Shown: positions 14,301 through 28,100 of the stretch, piece after piece | How positions within the stretch are numbered: position 1 is the stretch's first letter | Layout: each line of letters opens with the position of its first letter | Source of the DNA: Tubiluchus corallicola | Taxonomy: Eukaryota; Animalia; Priapulida | Assembly (NCBI GenBank): GCA_030141605.1 | Contig: JAQGDQ010000153.1 | Location: forward strand, 372,001 to 436,000 | Direction of reading: 5' to 3' | DNA: 64,000 bases | Program-made: the position numbers and the translations under genes | The notes under the pieces: generated by a model | Seen by the model: the letters and a program-made list of their open reading frames with translations, nothing else | Told to the model about the DNA's origin: nothing | Databases searched by the model: none

Positions 14301-17300
14301 AATGATGGGCTTGGCTGGACCATCTCAACTACAAAAATGATTTTGATAATCCACTACAAATTAGGGTATGGGCTTACGACCGCTCGATTAATGTTGCCAT
14401 TTACCCATGAAAAGCCGTTCTCGTATAAAACTGGCATTTTAAGCAGAAAAACGATGTTTATTTAAGGATAACAACCACTTTTTCATTAGTAAATTTATTG
14501 CAGACGAGAGACTTTTTTCTTGTTGCTGGGTTTTCACTAGCGTTTGGAGCACTGTTTGCCAAAACTTGGAGAGTACATAAAATCTTTACCAACAAAAGTC
14601 TGAGCAAAAGAAGGGTAAGTAGATACATTATGTCGTGAAAGAATCATGATAGCTCATTGGTTTTTATTACAACAATTGCTAATATTTTATTTATTTCTTT
14701 GTCTGTATTATAACCTGTATATTAATCTCGCTACTAAAACCATGCGAAAGTTTAGTGCTTGACCCTATAAAATAAGATAAGATCTTCATTCAAACTCGAT
14801 TGCTAGAATGAGTCATAGGCTCCTTTACATCCAGGTTGACTGCTAAAATATTACAAAATATAAATACAAATAAACATAGAAATGCAAGATATGAAATACA
14901 AATTAAAACTGTACAAACTACACATGTAGTTACAAAATTATCCAAAAAATAAATGAAATATTTAAAAGTTTTGTGGTTTAAATTCAGTTCACAAGATGAA
15001 CTAGGTTTTTGATTTTAGAAGAATGCACATTGCAATATAATTCTAAGCTTGCAAGTTAAAAACAAAACACACCCTGAACTAAAATAAACGATAAGTTAAT
15101 TTGTAAATTTGGAGTAAAATTTTTCAATGCAATGTTTAAAACACCCTTTATTAAAACTAATGACAGTCTGAGCATCTCGAGCAGTTTGAGGGAGCTGATT
15201 ACATGTATATAGTTTTGGTTCATAAACCTGGATAGAATGTTTGCATAGCTTTTTTTGCAAAAGGTACATGCAGTTCTCCTGCTGTGACACTACGCGTGCT
15301 CCCAGTTCTTTTTGTGAATACGCATAAGTATTCTGGTGTTGATTTGTGCAACGTTTTGTAGACAAGAACAGATGTATTGAATTTAATTCGGCAATCTACA
15401 GAAAACCAATTTAGTTGTCTATATTACTATTACTTCACGGTTACTTCTATAATCAACATCTAAAATCAATCTCATTGCTCTTTTTTGCAAGTGATTTAAA
15501 ATATCAATGTCATCCTTAGAACAAAAATCCCAAACATTAGAACAATACTGGAAATGTGGCAAAATGAAACTAAAATAGAATTGCTTGCGGGCTGAAATTG
15601 ATAAATGTGCTTTAGACGACTTAACAGGAACATTTTATTGCCAATTAATTTCCTGATTTGGTCAACTTGATTAGACCAACTTAGATTACGTTGAACGATA
15701 ACACCAAATATTTTATATCTAGACCCTGAAAAGTTATAGCCCAATACTGCATATGTTCTTTCGTTATTTGTGTTTATAGATAATCAAAGACAGACGTTTG
15801 ATGGGTATGGTCGGAATATTATTAATAATTAATCTCACAGTATTAACTGCGTGGGTTTCCACTGATCCACCTACGGTAAAGACGCTCTTTCTTGCACCAG
15901 AGGTAAAAAGTTTAATGATTACACCTTTTCTGAAGAATGGAACTTGAATGCCACAGTCTGCCAGTTGATTACTGCCTTGACACGATATGCCCAGTCCAGA
16001 TTATCTGGATCACAATGAAAGCCAGTATACTCCAGCTTCTGTCATTGTCACTTTTGCGTGACACTCACTTAGGTGCACGATGTGTCTTCAGGGACGTCCG
16101 ATAATCTAACCCGGTTTAAGTGGGTTTGAATTTCTCATTCACATCAGATGCTTCGTATAAAATTAACGCATTTATTGTCTCACTGTCTTGTTCACGTTTG
16201 GATGTACAGTTCTCTTCAGCGAGAGAAACTGTCGGAGACGGTATGACAGTTGAAACCACCTAAAAACAATGTTACCGATGTGCGTCCTTCTATTTACTAT
16301 CAGGCTCGGGCTCTGCTTAGCTATTGTTGCAAATCACACGCCCTAGCCACTCAGCTAGTCTCTTCACCCAAATACACAAAAGAGTTTTTAAAAATAAGAA
16401 ATTTCTGTAGCTATCTTACTTTACTGGTTCAACGAAAGGGCAAGTATATTTTTGTCAAAACTCAATTCGCTAGGCTAGTAGTAGGTTTGGATAGAAATTT
16501 GAAAGATCTGATGCGTATAAAACACACACAGAATTAATATATATAATATATACATATAGGCCTATATATTAGTTTAGATTATTTCTTGCTAATAAAGGAA
16601 ACATTAAATAACTGCAAGATTAAACGAATATCTGAAACACATTCTGAAATTTTTAACACATTCGTTTCATAACTCATCCAAGACAGACATTTAAAGTGAT
16701 TAGTCGGTTTATTAATATTAATTAATCTCACAGTATTCGTTCATACTTACTAACTTAAACACAAAAATTTAGTCTAGATGTCAGTGAATATCAGAAATGT
16801 TTTAACGTAACAATCTAAAAGGCGTATAACGTGACGCAAAATAGCCATAAATTTATTTATTTTGTTTGAGCTCGTCAATATTATACATTAACAATGAATA
16901 CAACAAACACAGTATACAGTACTTACTTCATGTACAGGTCCAATCTTGATTATCGAAATTGCTTATATTTCGATCTTCGGAATCTCTTTGTAGTCAATGT
17001 TCTCACAATTTCGCTCTATTTGCTTCTATCAAAATAGCTGATTAATTTCTTATACATGTAGGTTGACGAGTATGATCCAGACCTTATTCATCAGCCTCTG
17101 GTAGATGTATGCAGTTCGGAGAAACAAATGTATTTCGTTGGAGTATTGTACATAATACAGGGTCTCTTGTTGTTTTCTGGAGCTTTTCTGGCTTACGAAA
17201 CTAGAAAGGTGGGCAGTCTTTAGTGTTGAATAACAATAATTCTATAAAAATCATATATTAAGTAAATAAAACCTAGGTTTTATTAATTTCATTGCGAATA

Positions 17301-20300
17301 ATTTTAAAACAAAACTCTGTAATAGGTAGACCACGGGTCTGAAACAAATTTTTGTGTACATTTGAAAGCCACACGTGTGCTATGCTATACATAATCGTTT
17401 GCCAGAGGCGGAGGTACAAAAATGAGGGACAACATAGTATTGACACATCAAAATCAAATTGTCTAAAAATGCGTACTCAGTTTTTAGTACAGCGTGGTAC
17501 ACTTTTTAATACAGTGTTTAAGCCGGTATCCAATATTAAATTATACGTAAACTCATTATGTTATTGATTGTGGCAGATCTAATTAATGCTTGTATAATTA
17601 TCAAGAGTAATCCTCTAATATGAAACCAACTAGCAAGGGTGCCTCAGCCACTTGCGGGTAATGCGTTAACGTCCTCTTTCAGCGAGAGAAAGCCACCACT
17701 AATGTATTCTTTAATCAGGTTCAGCATTGTTTAATTTAGCCTTTATGCGCACCGATATTGTCCTAAATATTCAGCGTGCAAGCATTGAATCTCTCGTATG
17801 GCTTCTGAATTTTTATGGAGTAAAGTGAAAAAGGGATTCAAAGAGGCAAATGCGTAGGTCACAGGTTTCAAACTCACCGTTCAGATGTTTCACAAGTTTC
17901 TAATATCAATCGGCGTTTTTCTCTGGCTGTTATTGATAGGTGGCTAGTAGGCAGAAGTATCACCACTCCCGGCTCAATTATTATGTTAGTTGATTATTCT
18001 TGACTGGCCCGCACGTTTTGCGGCGTTTTTGCCATACCGGGTTTTCCAGCCCACATCAGTATATAAATTATAAACGCAATTACAATATTTGAAAATTGTG
18101 AAATGGGTTGAACAAAAACAAAAGTTAAGTTAACACGTACGATCTGATTTGAATACTGGATACTATATATCACACTTTATAAAATGGGTACGTATTGAAT
18201 TCAACCATATATATATATATATGGTTATTACTAGTTTAAAAATTTATATTTTAGATTCATGCATCAACATAATGTATATACGCATCTATATATTTTGAAA
18301 AATCGTTCTGTTTTAGTTTAGACTGAATAGTGTTCTCCTTGTTGTCATCTGGAGTTCCTTGAAGATCAAAGAATAAGCATGTTTAGATAAAACTCACGCC
18401 ATGAAATTGATCACCTCTTTTCCTTGGTTAGTTAGTATTTAGTCAGTTAGTCGACCGTCAAAGCCACTTAATCGGATAGCAGCACATTCACCACCTGGCG
18501 GCAAGGTAGACAACACTTTGTTCAATTACTGTCTCCGTTTATCTGTTCTCATTTGTTTTTAAGGTCAAATTCGAATCTCTAAACGATTCTCAACTCATCG
18601 GGACGTGCATCTACAACGCTACCGTGCTTGCCATCATGGGAGTTGCAGTGTGCTTCGTACTTGGCGAGAGTCCATCAGTTAAATACGGTCTCCTCTCGAG
18701 TTTCTTAATAGCAGGAACGACAATTACAGCGTGTCTTCTCTTCATTCCCAAGGTCATTTATTCCATTCTGATTCTTTGCCTTCATTTTCTTCTTCATTAC
18801 TCCTTTTTCTTTTTTCTCTATTTAAACTTGTATATGTGGTTAATAACAATTCACATTTATTGTTTCTCTTTATATTTTTAAATGAGAAACAGCCATTTAT
18901 CACGTAAGCGCTAGCCGTCATCGTGCCAAAATTGTTGATGGCGAATTAGCAACATGCCCTATTATCATTATCTCAAACCGTTTGAGGTTTTTCTAAAAGA
19001 ACAAACGATCATGTTCAAATATCATAAAATGGTTGAAGAACGAATGTTACAACGTTTGCAAGTGGCAACAGACAAAACCCTCAATTTACGTAGAAACGTC
19101 AATGACGGGCGTTTGAAGAGTACATATATCTACCTTGTTCTATCTAGAGATATTAAAACCGCATAAACACTAAAAACGCAGCATTTTTTTTACAAAACAC
19201 ACGTTATGACACATTACGGTATATTTGCATACGTTATAACACTTATATAAGTTATAAGTTGGTACCTTTGTCGGTAAGCTTGTAAGACTTAATTTTCGTT
19301 GACATACTGTTTTAAATAGGGTTTCTGAATTCAATAAGTAAACTAGCGACCAACCATTATTTCCTCTTCACTTGTAGTAACATAATCAGTTGAAATTAAT
19401 CTTGAAACTTATAGTGCATGCCTGCTTTATATTAGGATCTGCAAGCCCTAAACATTTTTGCATAGGTCTCGTACATATCTGTTTTTACACTAAGGCATAC
19501 GTATTTTGACAATAGGTAGACAAACAAACAGACAGACAGATAATCTGCAAGTAGAGGTGTAAATAAGAATTTTATGATCAACATCATCAGTTTAGCAGAG
19601 AACTATTATCAGAATGTTTTTTAACAAGCAAAATCACACACCTTCTTCTTTGCAGATTCGTAAGCTGAGAAACATGAATCAGACAGACGCAACTGGAGAT
19701 GAATCCGGCGGAGTGGGTACTGTTAGTAAGATTGATGATGGTACGACACAGAACAAGTCCATAGCTCTTGTGAACGCTGAACTTCAGATAGCAAAAAACA
19801 AAATTGCTGGGGTAAGGCAATGAACATGTTCATTTGATAGAGGGACATTCTGGTTAGGTATTTTCATTGCCAAATTTGCTAACGGACTTTTTGCCAAAAG
19901 ATTATTAATTAGTGATAGAATCGTTGTACTATATTAGCCTTTAAAAAATCTCCGATGGACAAGGCCACATTTTATAAGTATTGAGCGCCGCACGTGCAGG
20001 GTGTTCGCTGTATTTAAACATAAGGCATATTAGCTGTTTGCCAGCGTACCTTACGAATATCAACAAGCATGCAAATGGAAAAAAGCTACTTTGATAAAAC
20101 TAAGAACGTTATAGTTTGCACACAAAGAGAATATAAATGTGAAATTGGTTAGTAGTTTTAAGATATACGAAATTAAGCTCCTGTTTTTCAACAATACTCA
20201 ACAACCATTTATAAGCAAGTTCGTCCTGGGGGATGGTTTTTCGTGGAAAGTCGAGCGAGGAAACAGATCGAGAATGAGATGAGATGGAAATCTCATAAAA

Positions 20301-21143
20301 ATGCCAACAGCGACTTTATATCAATTATTATGCTTGCAGTTTTTAAAAAAAATCTTTATTCTTATTTGATTTAAATTTTATTTTCTAACCGAGCTTCATA
20401 GATGGGGTATCAGATGGGTTTTAATTAAACGTTTTTGAAAAGTTAGTTTAATACTTTTGTTATGTAGGCAGAGCCATGATGATAAGGAAATGTTACCTTC
20501 TGTAGTCTTCCCAGACATTTAGGCTTGTGGGCATCCAGACTGACCCAAATTACTTTTAATATAAATGGAAGTCGTCTGAATGTCTACATTCGTGATCAGG
20601 ATGATCTGCTGCACATTTTCCACAACGAATTAAGATTTTTCTCAAACGTCAGTTTAACTTCCACCACGTCTGAAATGGGAACGCTCCAGAAAATTTCGTC
20701 TGAAGCAGCATTTCAGAAATCAGTCTCTCTAAATTGTACAAAATTGTCATTTTGGGCAGTTTGTGCGCAATTTAGATTAAAAATGATTTAGGGGAGATCT
20801 GGGTGTCCCCTATATCCAAACGCCTACTGAGTATTCATTTCTGTATCATCATGAGTACACCTACATTACAAAAGAGTCAAACTAACCTTTCCTGGAAGTT
20901 AGACAAAATCTTATCTGGCCAGAAGCTGTGGAATCCCCACTAGAGTTTTTCCACAGACAGCGGTGAATTGTCAATACATGTAGCTTTATTTCACACCAGC
21001 TGAATTACAAAACAGCATTGTTTTTTATATTTTAGTATGAAAAAGAGCTGGCAAGTAAGGAGAAAGCTATTTTAGAACTGAAAGCGGGGATGAGAAAGAA
21101 TGAACCAGGGTCGGCGTACAAAAAACAAGTCTTCGGTGTTTAA
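2336..21143 (+). CDS. GABA-B receptor-like class C GPCR (Venus flytrap + 7TM + coiled coil), 5'-partial, 17 exons, ~727 aa visible
   Basis: Exons joined in frame through AG/GT sites: 2336-2473, 7699-7869 (or 7866), 8312-8419, 8647-8712, 9654-9773, 10319-10464, 11030-11109, 11336-11491, 11871-11957, 12506-12662, 13344-13464, 14504-14614, 15780-15902, 17062-17208, 18564-18752, 19656-19811, 21036-21143 (TAA). GABA-B family motifs: CNPG..GAGCS..WNLVQ, ALSNRKRFPRFFRT, DARVIFGGFY, WVLVGWYDDYWW, AFDCAWAVAIALNKT, SSPNLNNLI, FGALFAKTWRVHKIF, LAYETRKV..LNDS..IG..IYN, LFIPK. There is no Cys-rich domain between flytrap and TM1, as in GABA-B. Signal-peptide exon not found in the window. Confidence 0.93.
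4330..4860 (+). mobile_element. Decayed LINE 3' end with C-terminal zinc knuckle
   Basis: LNCDLF..SQNCDCGYYFENSEHFFLECP (C-x-C-G..E..HFFL-x-C) followed by TTTA-rich sequence. Confidence 0.6.
6015..7036. repeat. Diverged ~180-bp direct repeat pair (6015-6195 and 6842-7036)
   Basis: Shared blocks TTTGAGGCGTT, GGAAATAAGTATTATTGGCAA, AATTTCTGTTTC, AAATAAAC. Confidence 0.8.
15090..15745 (-). mobile_element. CR1/L2-like LINE 3' fragment in GPCR intron
   Basis: KIFGVIVQRNLSWSNQVDQIRK..MFLLSRLK, then NQLPQTARDAQTVISF, post-RT LINE motifs. Confidence 0.7.
16676..16737 (+). pseudogene. Decayed duplicate (pseudo-exon) of GPCR exon 15780-15902
   Basis: Gap-free codon alignment: IQDRHLK*LVGLLILINLTV vs IKDRRLMGMVGILLIINLTV. 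Confidence 0.8.
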
Positions 21144-21420
21144 CGGAAAAACAAGGATGTAAACAGTCCTGAATTATTATTGTAGTATTTTATTTACTTG
21201 ACTTGATTTTACGTTTCGTCGTTCCTTTGTGTTTGTCTAGCTTTGATTAATTGTTGATTTTTAACCGGTATTTTTCATTGTTTTGATTTTATGAAAACAA
21301 TGCTTCATTTATTGTCTAGAGATTATAATTTTATTTATACTTTGCAATTTTCAGTTCGCTCAGCAATGTGTCAGGCAACATTGAACATTTATGATGTATA
21401 ATTTGTAAATTATGTATTCT

Positions 21421-21426
21421 AATAAA
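21421..21426 (+). terminator. Candidate poly(A) signal of the GPCR gene
   Basis: AATAAA ~280 nt after the stop, followed by GT/T-rich sequence. Confidence 0.45.
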
Positions 21427-21899
21427 AGTTTAACGTTGTTCATAATGATTGATAGGGACTGTAAAATGTGTAAAATGCCGTATTAGTAGCTTTCTCGTGG
21501 TGCAACCTTGGCGTGTCTGTAAATATTTTATTAATACATTTACTTATGTTTGTTACTCTTGAATAATCTGCATTAAAGCTTTTAGTTAGATGACGTCATC
21601 GGTTCTGTGCCACCATGAGTTATAAAATTTGTAAATGGGGTATAATATAGCTATGTTGCAGTGTACAATAAATCCAAATTATAAAAATAAACTCTGTTGA
21701 AATATCTGATTTAATATACACTGTAATATTAATGTTTGTTAAGAGTAGTTTGAAAGACTAAAAATTAGCAAAGAATATGGTGATTATTAGATTTTCTTAT
21801 TAAGAATTTTTTGTTCGTTAACGTGAACTTTGTCAAATTAAGCTGGTAGCGGTAAATCAAATGGAGTAGTTTCATTAGTTTAGTTCTGGAAATTTGGAT

Positions 21900-22439
21900 T
21901 GTTTTAAGCACAGAGACATGGGCGTTGTTTCAACGTGGTGAACTAGGAAATTACACGGTTGGAAAACGTAAGTAAAGGTAATGGAGGTGTGGAAACTAGT
22001 ACCGGTAAAACGGCCAGCGTGCCTCCCAGAATAAAGCCCGAAGTCGAATGACTGATGCGCACAAAAAGTGACGACTAGTGCCATTGTCTAACAGAACAAA
22101 AGTATGGATAACTCCTAGGCTAGATCTCACCTTGGACCTCACTAGGATAAAAGTTTAAACGTAATTAGTCGAATGGAACAGGATGCTGTAGCATACAGAT
22201 AGGAACGCAGACCGAAATTCTTTTTCGACTACAAGACGTAATTCTTGTCTATGACCAGAAATTGTAATTATATCTAAGTGCACTGAATTACAAGAGAGCT
22301 AAAGTAACATAAAATAAAACTTTGCTTGTAAAACAACAAGATACTGCTACATGTTTTTGTAAATAATTATATTTATAGTTGTGAGTTACTCCTTTGTTGG
22401 ATTGGCAAAAACGTTTGCGGATATTTTACAACATAAAAG
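21900..22439 (+). promoter_or_regulatory. Putative promoter and non-coding first exon of the EGF/HYR gene
   Basis: CpG-richer stretch ending in a strong donor AAG|GTAAGT (22439), which could pair with the acceptor TTTCAG| at 23068, 9 nt before the ATG. Confidence 0.5.
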
Positions 22440-23077
22440 GTAAGTATTAATGTGAACTTTGCTAAGTGTGTTTGCACTATAGTCATTCGGCACCTGTTCG
22501 AAATATAAATAGGATAATTTTTGTTGCTAAGTTACATAGAGATGTTCAAGTTTATTGGTGGGGAATAAACTTCGGATTTGGCGTCGAAATGTTTATTAAG
22601 TATTGAGAAAAGAAAACTGCTAAAACACAAAAGAGGTTTAATCCATCCACCAAGGGAAACATGATTTATCTAGATAAACAAAAGTTAGTAACGTTTGCTA
22701 AAATTTATTTTTAGGCAAAACGGAATCATGGCGATTGTGCCAGAGTTAGTAAACAAAATGATGTCGCAAATGCATTAATCATTCATCTGGGTTTATATTC
22801 ACATGAATTACGTGACTTATAAAAAAATAATTGTGAATTATCTGAATGATCATGCAAATGAAACATTCCAGTTCAGCTGTCTTTGAGCTTTTAGAATTAA
22901 CGATTGAAGACTGAAGACAGCACAGCAAATGTTCTCAAAACCGACATGCAAAAATTAGTTTTATCAAAATTTTAAAGTTTGTAAAATAATAATGTAAAAC
23001 CATTTTTAACTCTATGAGGTGTTATCTTCTAAGACGTTTCTTGTATAAGATCAATTTGTGTATTTCAGCAAGAAATC

Positions 23078-25149
23078 ATGGCACCACGTTCGATTTTTCT
23101 CACCGTAAGTGTAATCGTGCTGATTCTTCTCTGTATGTTATTCACCACTAATAGTTCTGAGCTTAGAAGACCCAACAATTCCGTCCATTATGAACACGGA
23201 GTTACCCAAAAGCATGAAGTACCACGTCACACACATAGATCAACTTCAAAACATAATCTAGGAAAACATCATGTTGGTGATGAAAATGAATTCTCAAACA
23301 TTTACCTGAATAATGGTACTTATCATGTTGCAAAGGATCGTATTGGACTTGACCTCAGTTACAAAAGAAAAGGTGAGGAACGCCGGATTTTTATTCGTCA
23401 CGAGAAAGGACAACAAGTTAAGAGAAGACTTCGTAGGACGGCTGCGCTTACTCTAGGTAAATTAAAATGGATTAGTACTACACATTTATTTTGTGTTTGA
23501 TACACAGTGTGTCATTCGGCATGAGTAAAAGATAATTCACATTCAAAGTGCACGTGACAGCAAGTGTTAATTTTTTTAATTTAATAACACGTTTTGTTAA
23601 ACTTTTTTAAAATTTAAATCTAATTAATACAAGCACCAATGTTAATGTGACCGGGTGGCGTAGCTCAAAGGTAGCGTGTTCGCTTCCCACCCGGGCGGTT
23701 GCGGGTTCAACTTCCGACCGAATCACACCGCAGACTTAAAAATAGTATCGCTAGTTGTTCGACCAAACCCGCGAAGTAATTGGAACTACCATGGAAATAA
23801 GTATTATCCTGGACTATGTCTGAAATAAACGAAATTATTAATTATTATTATTATGTGCTCTCCAAATGTTTATTTATTCTGAAACGAAATAACGAATTTT
23901 ACACTAGTCTGCAATTATATTGAAATTTAGATTGATTAGCAGTAATTTATAAACAGTTGGAGTTCACTGCAAATTTGCAGATGTGAATCTAACTAAAGAA
24001 TTGACATAAATGGACTACATACATAGACGTTATCAAATGGTTGAAAAGAAATTAAGGATTTAAAAGCACTTACCTTGTTCGGGGTTATAAGATACTATAG
24101 ACAAGAATTAGATCTCCAATGTGCCTCATTGCGAACAACAATGTCACTAGCAATATAAAGCCACAACGTCATAATTTTACAAGAAAAACAAGCTATGGCG
24201 GTGACGTGATCTATTCTGAAAGACAGAAAATTTTTTACCAGGATACTACAGTTCTCGAATGGGCAAATACTAATGCATTAACGTTATCCAGGTCACACGA
24301 AGTGCTTCAATTTGAAAAGAGAAACGATATGTAACAACAGTAATAAACTAAACAAATACATGGGTGGTAGCACAGTGCTAATATTTGGAAAATGAAGAAA
24401 AACTAAAAAAGGGAACTGGCACTCGCTATGTTAAGATTGCAGCATTTTGGGCATTAATGTGGTTATCGTTCATTATGGGCCTAATAAACGTTGTAGTTCT
24501 TATAGGTGAAAATATTGCTCTTTTAGGACTGGATAATAAGACAAAAGAGGTAACGCAATCGAAGGATGAAGATGGAAAAAAAGAAAGACTTTCTATTGCA
24601 TTTGAAAGCAGCGAGCCTACTTCAATTTCTCTTAGTAATGCAACGAGCGGTGATGAAAGTGCTGCTGATTTTGAAGGTCACAACACATTGGAGGAAAGGT
24701 TTGAGCTGGACGTAAATGGAAATACAAGATCTACGTTGTCTGATAATAAAGCAGGAGTGAAAAAGTCTGGAGATAAAAATTTGGGTAACACAACTGGTAT
24801 CATCACTACTGGTACAAATATTAAGGACAAAGACGTGTATGAGAATCCAATACATATTGTTGTTATAAAAGACACCGAAGATAAAAGCAAGGTTGAAATA
24901 CCAGACTACCTGCTCTTAAAAAAAATTTTTACTGGCTGAAATTAAGGAAGCAGAAGACAAGAAAAGCGCTCCTCGCATTTTGGGTTGTGATAAAATACCT
25001 TGTCGCAATAGTGCAACTTGCGTGAACGTTGGAAATGAAGGAAGTTATTACTGTTTGTGTGCCAAAGGATACAGAGGAGTACTGTGCGAAGGTATATATT
25101 TGATTTGACGTGTTCAAAATCCAAAATTATTGTAGTTTTTCAGTCATGC

Positions 25150-25195
<46 letters not shown>

Positions 25196-28100
25196 TTACA
25201 ATTTAGAATTTCATAATTGTCGATCTGGATAGAAATACTATAAGTTCTTATTTTAGTATTCCTAAAGCATAATTGAAGATGTTACATCTGCTTTGTTTAA
25301 TTTCCACGTATGATGTTACTAAAATTTTTAGTTCTCGTACTTTCAAACGATTGCTGTCATTCTGTTTTTTTGGTTTGAAAATGTAAACTTGCTGCGCATA
25401 TTATCTTAGAGTAACACAATTGAATTTTTAATGACCTTTGCAGGTTGCCTTTGCAAAAATTAAACAAAGAGAATAAAGGAGAGCAATTGAAATACGCGTG
25501 CAGAATCTTGCATGCAAAATCAAAAATAAGATAGACATGTTTGACAGATATTTTTGTTTTATAGCGGAGGCAACTCCTTGCAATCCATCACCGTGCGCTA
25601 ATGGAGGAATCTGTGATGAATCAGGAGGCAAGTTTTACTGTCAATGTCAACCTGGGTATCAAGGTGTAACATGTGATTTAGGTATGTTTACTATTATCTT
25701 CTGTTTACTATGAAAGTATTTAGCAAAAGTAGATATTGTATCTTATTAACTTATATAGCCTTAAATACGTTATGTTATGTTGTGTAACTCTTGTTCTATG
25801 ACGTTGTGTTGTGTTGTATTATGCTGTGCTGAGCCATGTTATGCTCTATGCTATATTATGTAATATAATGTTACTGTACGTTATGTTGTGCTATGTCATG
25901 TCATGTCATGTTACGTGATGCTACGTAATTAAAAGTCAGTGGGATGAAAAAATACCATTTGCCACAGGGTATTACAAGCGGCATACACAATTTAAATGTC
26001 GAGCGTGCGCCTACCGAAAAATCAATTATTTTAATCAATTTGGTACGGAGCCCCCGAAAGGACACGATGAATTACTAATCCGTGCGCACGAATTGCTGAT
26101 CACGAATTAGCTAGTAAATTTGCGGTTAAAAAATTCAAACAGATTCATGTTTTAGTTCAAGTTGGGGTAATAAATCTTTAAGTTCTGGTTCAACCGATGT
26201 TAATTAATCCTAGGTAGATCTTGACTAAGATCACCTGACCGTTTGCGATGCAGCGTTTTTCATATGCATACTTGCTTGTCTGGCATCTCTGTGCTTTAAT
26301 ATCTGTGTGTTTGTGTGTTTGCGTATTTGCTTTACTGTTTCTTTATTTTGCTTCTGTTTAGTTAAGCCGAGAAAATATGAATTTTTCTATTTATCTAAAA
26401 ATATCGTTACTGCTAACTATCCTTAATGCTCTTTTCATTGTTAGATATAAATGAATGCATGGCACATCCGTGTGAATACGGCTATACCTGCGTCAATACA
26501 TTTGGATCATATCACTGCACATGTGCAGCGGGTTACTTGAAATCTTTTGATGGATATCATTGTATAGGTATGACGTCAGTGTTGTTAGCTCGATTTGTGT
26601 TTTCCTAAAAGCTTGTAAGTTTGCAGCTTGGTTGAACGCGTGCTTGCATTACTGAAGAACTGTGGCTTAAGCAAAAGTTCATAATGGAAAATCACTGCAT
26701 AATTTTGTGCAAATGTGGTCAACTGTACATCGAAGCACATTATCATTGTCATCATTATCATCGTCGTTGTTATCGTCATCGTCGTCATCATCATCATTAT
26801 CAACATTGCCATCATCATTAATACACATAATTCCAAGCTGGTGGCTTATGTTAATCGATTTCAATGTCATTACTGTCTAGATCAATTGTAATTATTTACA
26901 TTTACAGAAAAATATGAAAACGTTAACGAAACACGTCTGAGTGGAATGCAGAAGGCCCGGGTTCAGCCGGATCTTGGGCTGGGAATCTCAGATTTATCTC
27001 TGCTAGTCTAAATGTTATAATTCTCCTCACAGTAGGGGAATTTAAAAATTTAAAATCCATTATCCCCTTAGTAACCTACCTAGTAGAGCGGGGTAATATG
27101 AACACCCCATCTCTTTTTTCCATTTATGAGTAGGATCTGCTGCCACTTTTACGTAATGAACTCTCTTAGGAGACATGTTGGCTGTTAAAAAATAGACGCG
27201 TTTCTGATAACATAGAAGGCAAGAAAGTTGATTTATTGGAAATGTCTTAATTTCTTGCGAGATCACTAATTTTCAAAACCGTGGAAAGCCGTGTTCAAAG
27301 TAGGTAACCGCTGAACGCAAAAAACAAATCTTCACTTTCACGATGCACGTTGTTATTTGGGTATCCTGCTTGAGCTACTTTCAAAGTGATCACATGCCTA
27401 AAAAAGCCTGTTTAGGGTAATATGGGCCTCTTCAGTTTTGGCAATACGGGCATATCGTAGCTTTCTTTTCACCCCAAGGATACCCATAGCAGTAGTCGGG
27501 CATCCATTAGACTAAACCTGGTTGTGAGGTCTAAATTTTTAGTCTGTGTATTTTGTTGCCTGCCTAAACCAGTTTGAATTATAAATTATGAGCATAAAAC
27601 AAAATGGCCGCCAAAAGAATGTCGAAATATGTAAAATATCCTGATTCCCCTTAGAATAAGAAGTAACATAGAGAGTCAAGTAATACATGCATTTCTAGGT
27701 ATTATGACACAGGAAATTCATTTTTTCTATTTTAATGTAAAAAATGGCTGACAAGATGGCTGCCGCTAGTTTATGCCTTAGCTATTAACACAGATGGATA
27801 ATGATTTAGAGTTATTACTATTTCTAGATTTTCCTTTGTTAATTTAACTTCATTTAAATAATAATTATTGGTAAATATTTGTGCTTGGAATTTTATTGTC
27901 CCTTTCAGATGTTGATGAATGTCTAGAAAGAAATGGTGGTTGTAGTCAACTTTGCAGTAACACTGAAGGTTCCTATAAATGTGGATGTTTACCGGGATAC
28001 GTGCTAACATCTGATGGGAAAACATGCCACGGTATAAAAATTAATGGCTTATTAGCTGAAATTAACCACAAAATCAATGATGATAACCAAAATCATCTAA

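Noticed and set aside
23650-23725. Possible tRNA gene
   Set aside because: The acceptor stem does not pair and the sequence continues into a SINE-like body and tail.
24385-24505. N-terminal TM-like segment of ORF 24385-24939
   Set aside because: It lies upstream of the phase-compatible acceptor at 24505, so it is intronic read-through.
26585-26870. Poly-Met/Asp ORFs
   Set aside because: Derived from an (ATC/GTC)n simple repeat in an intron.
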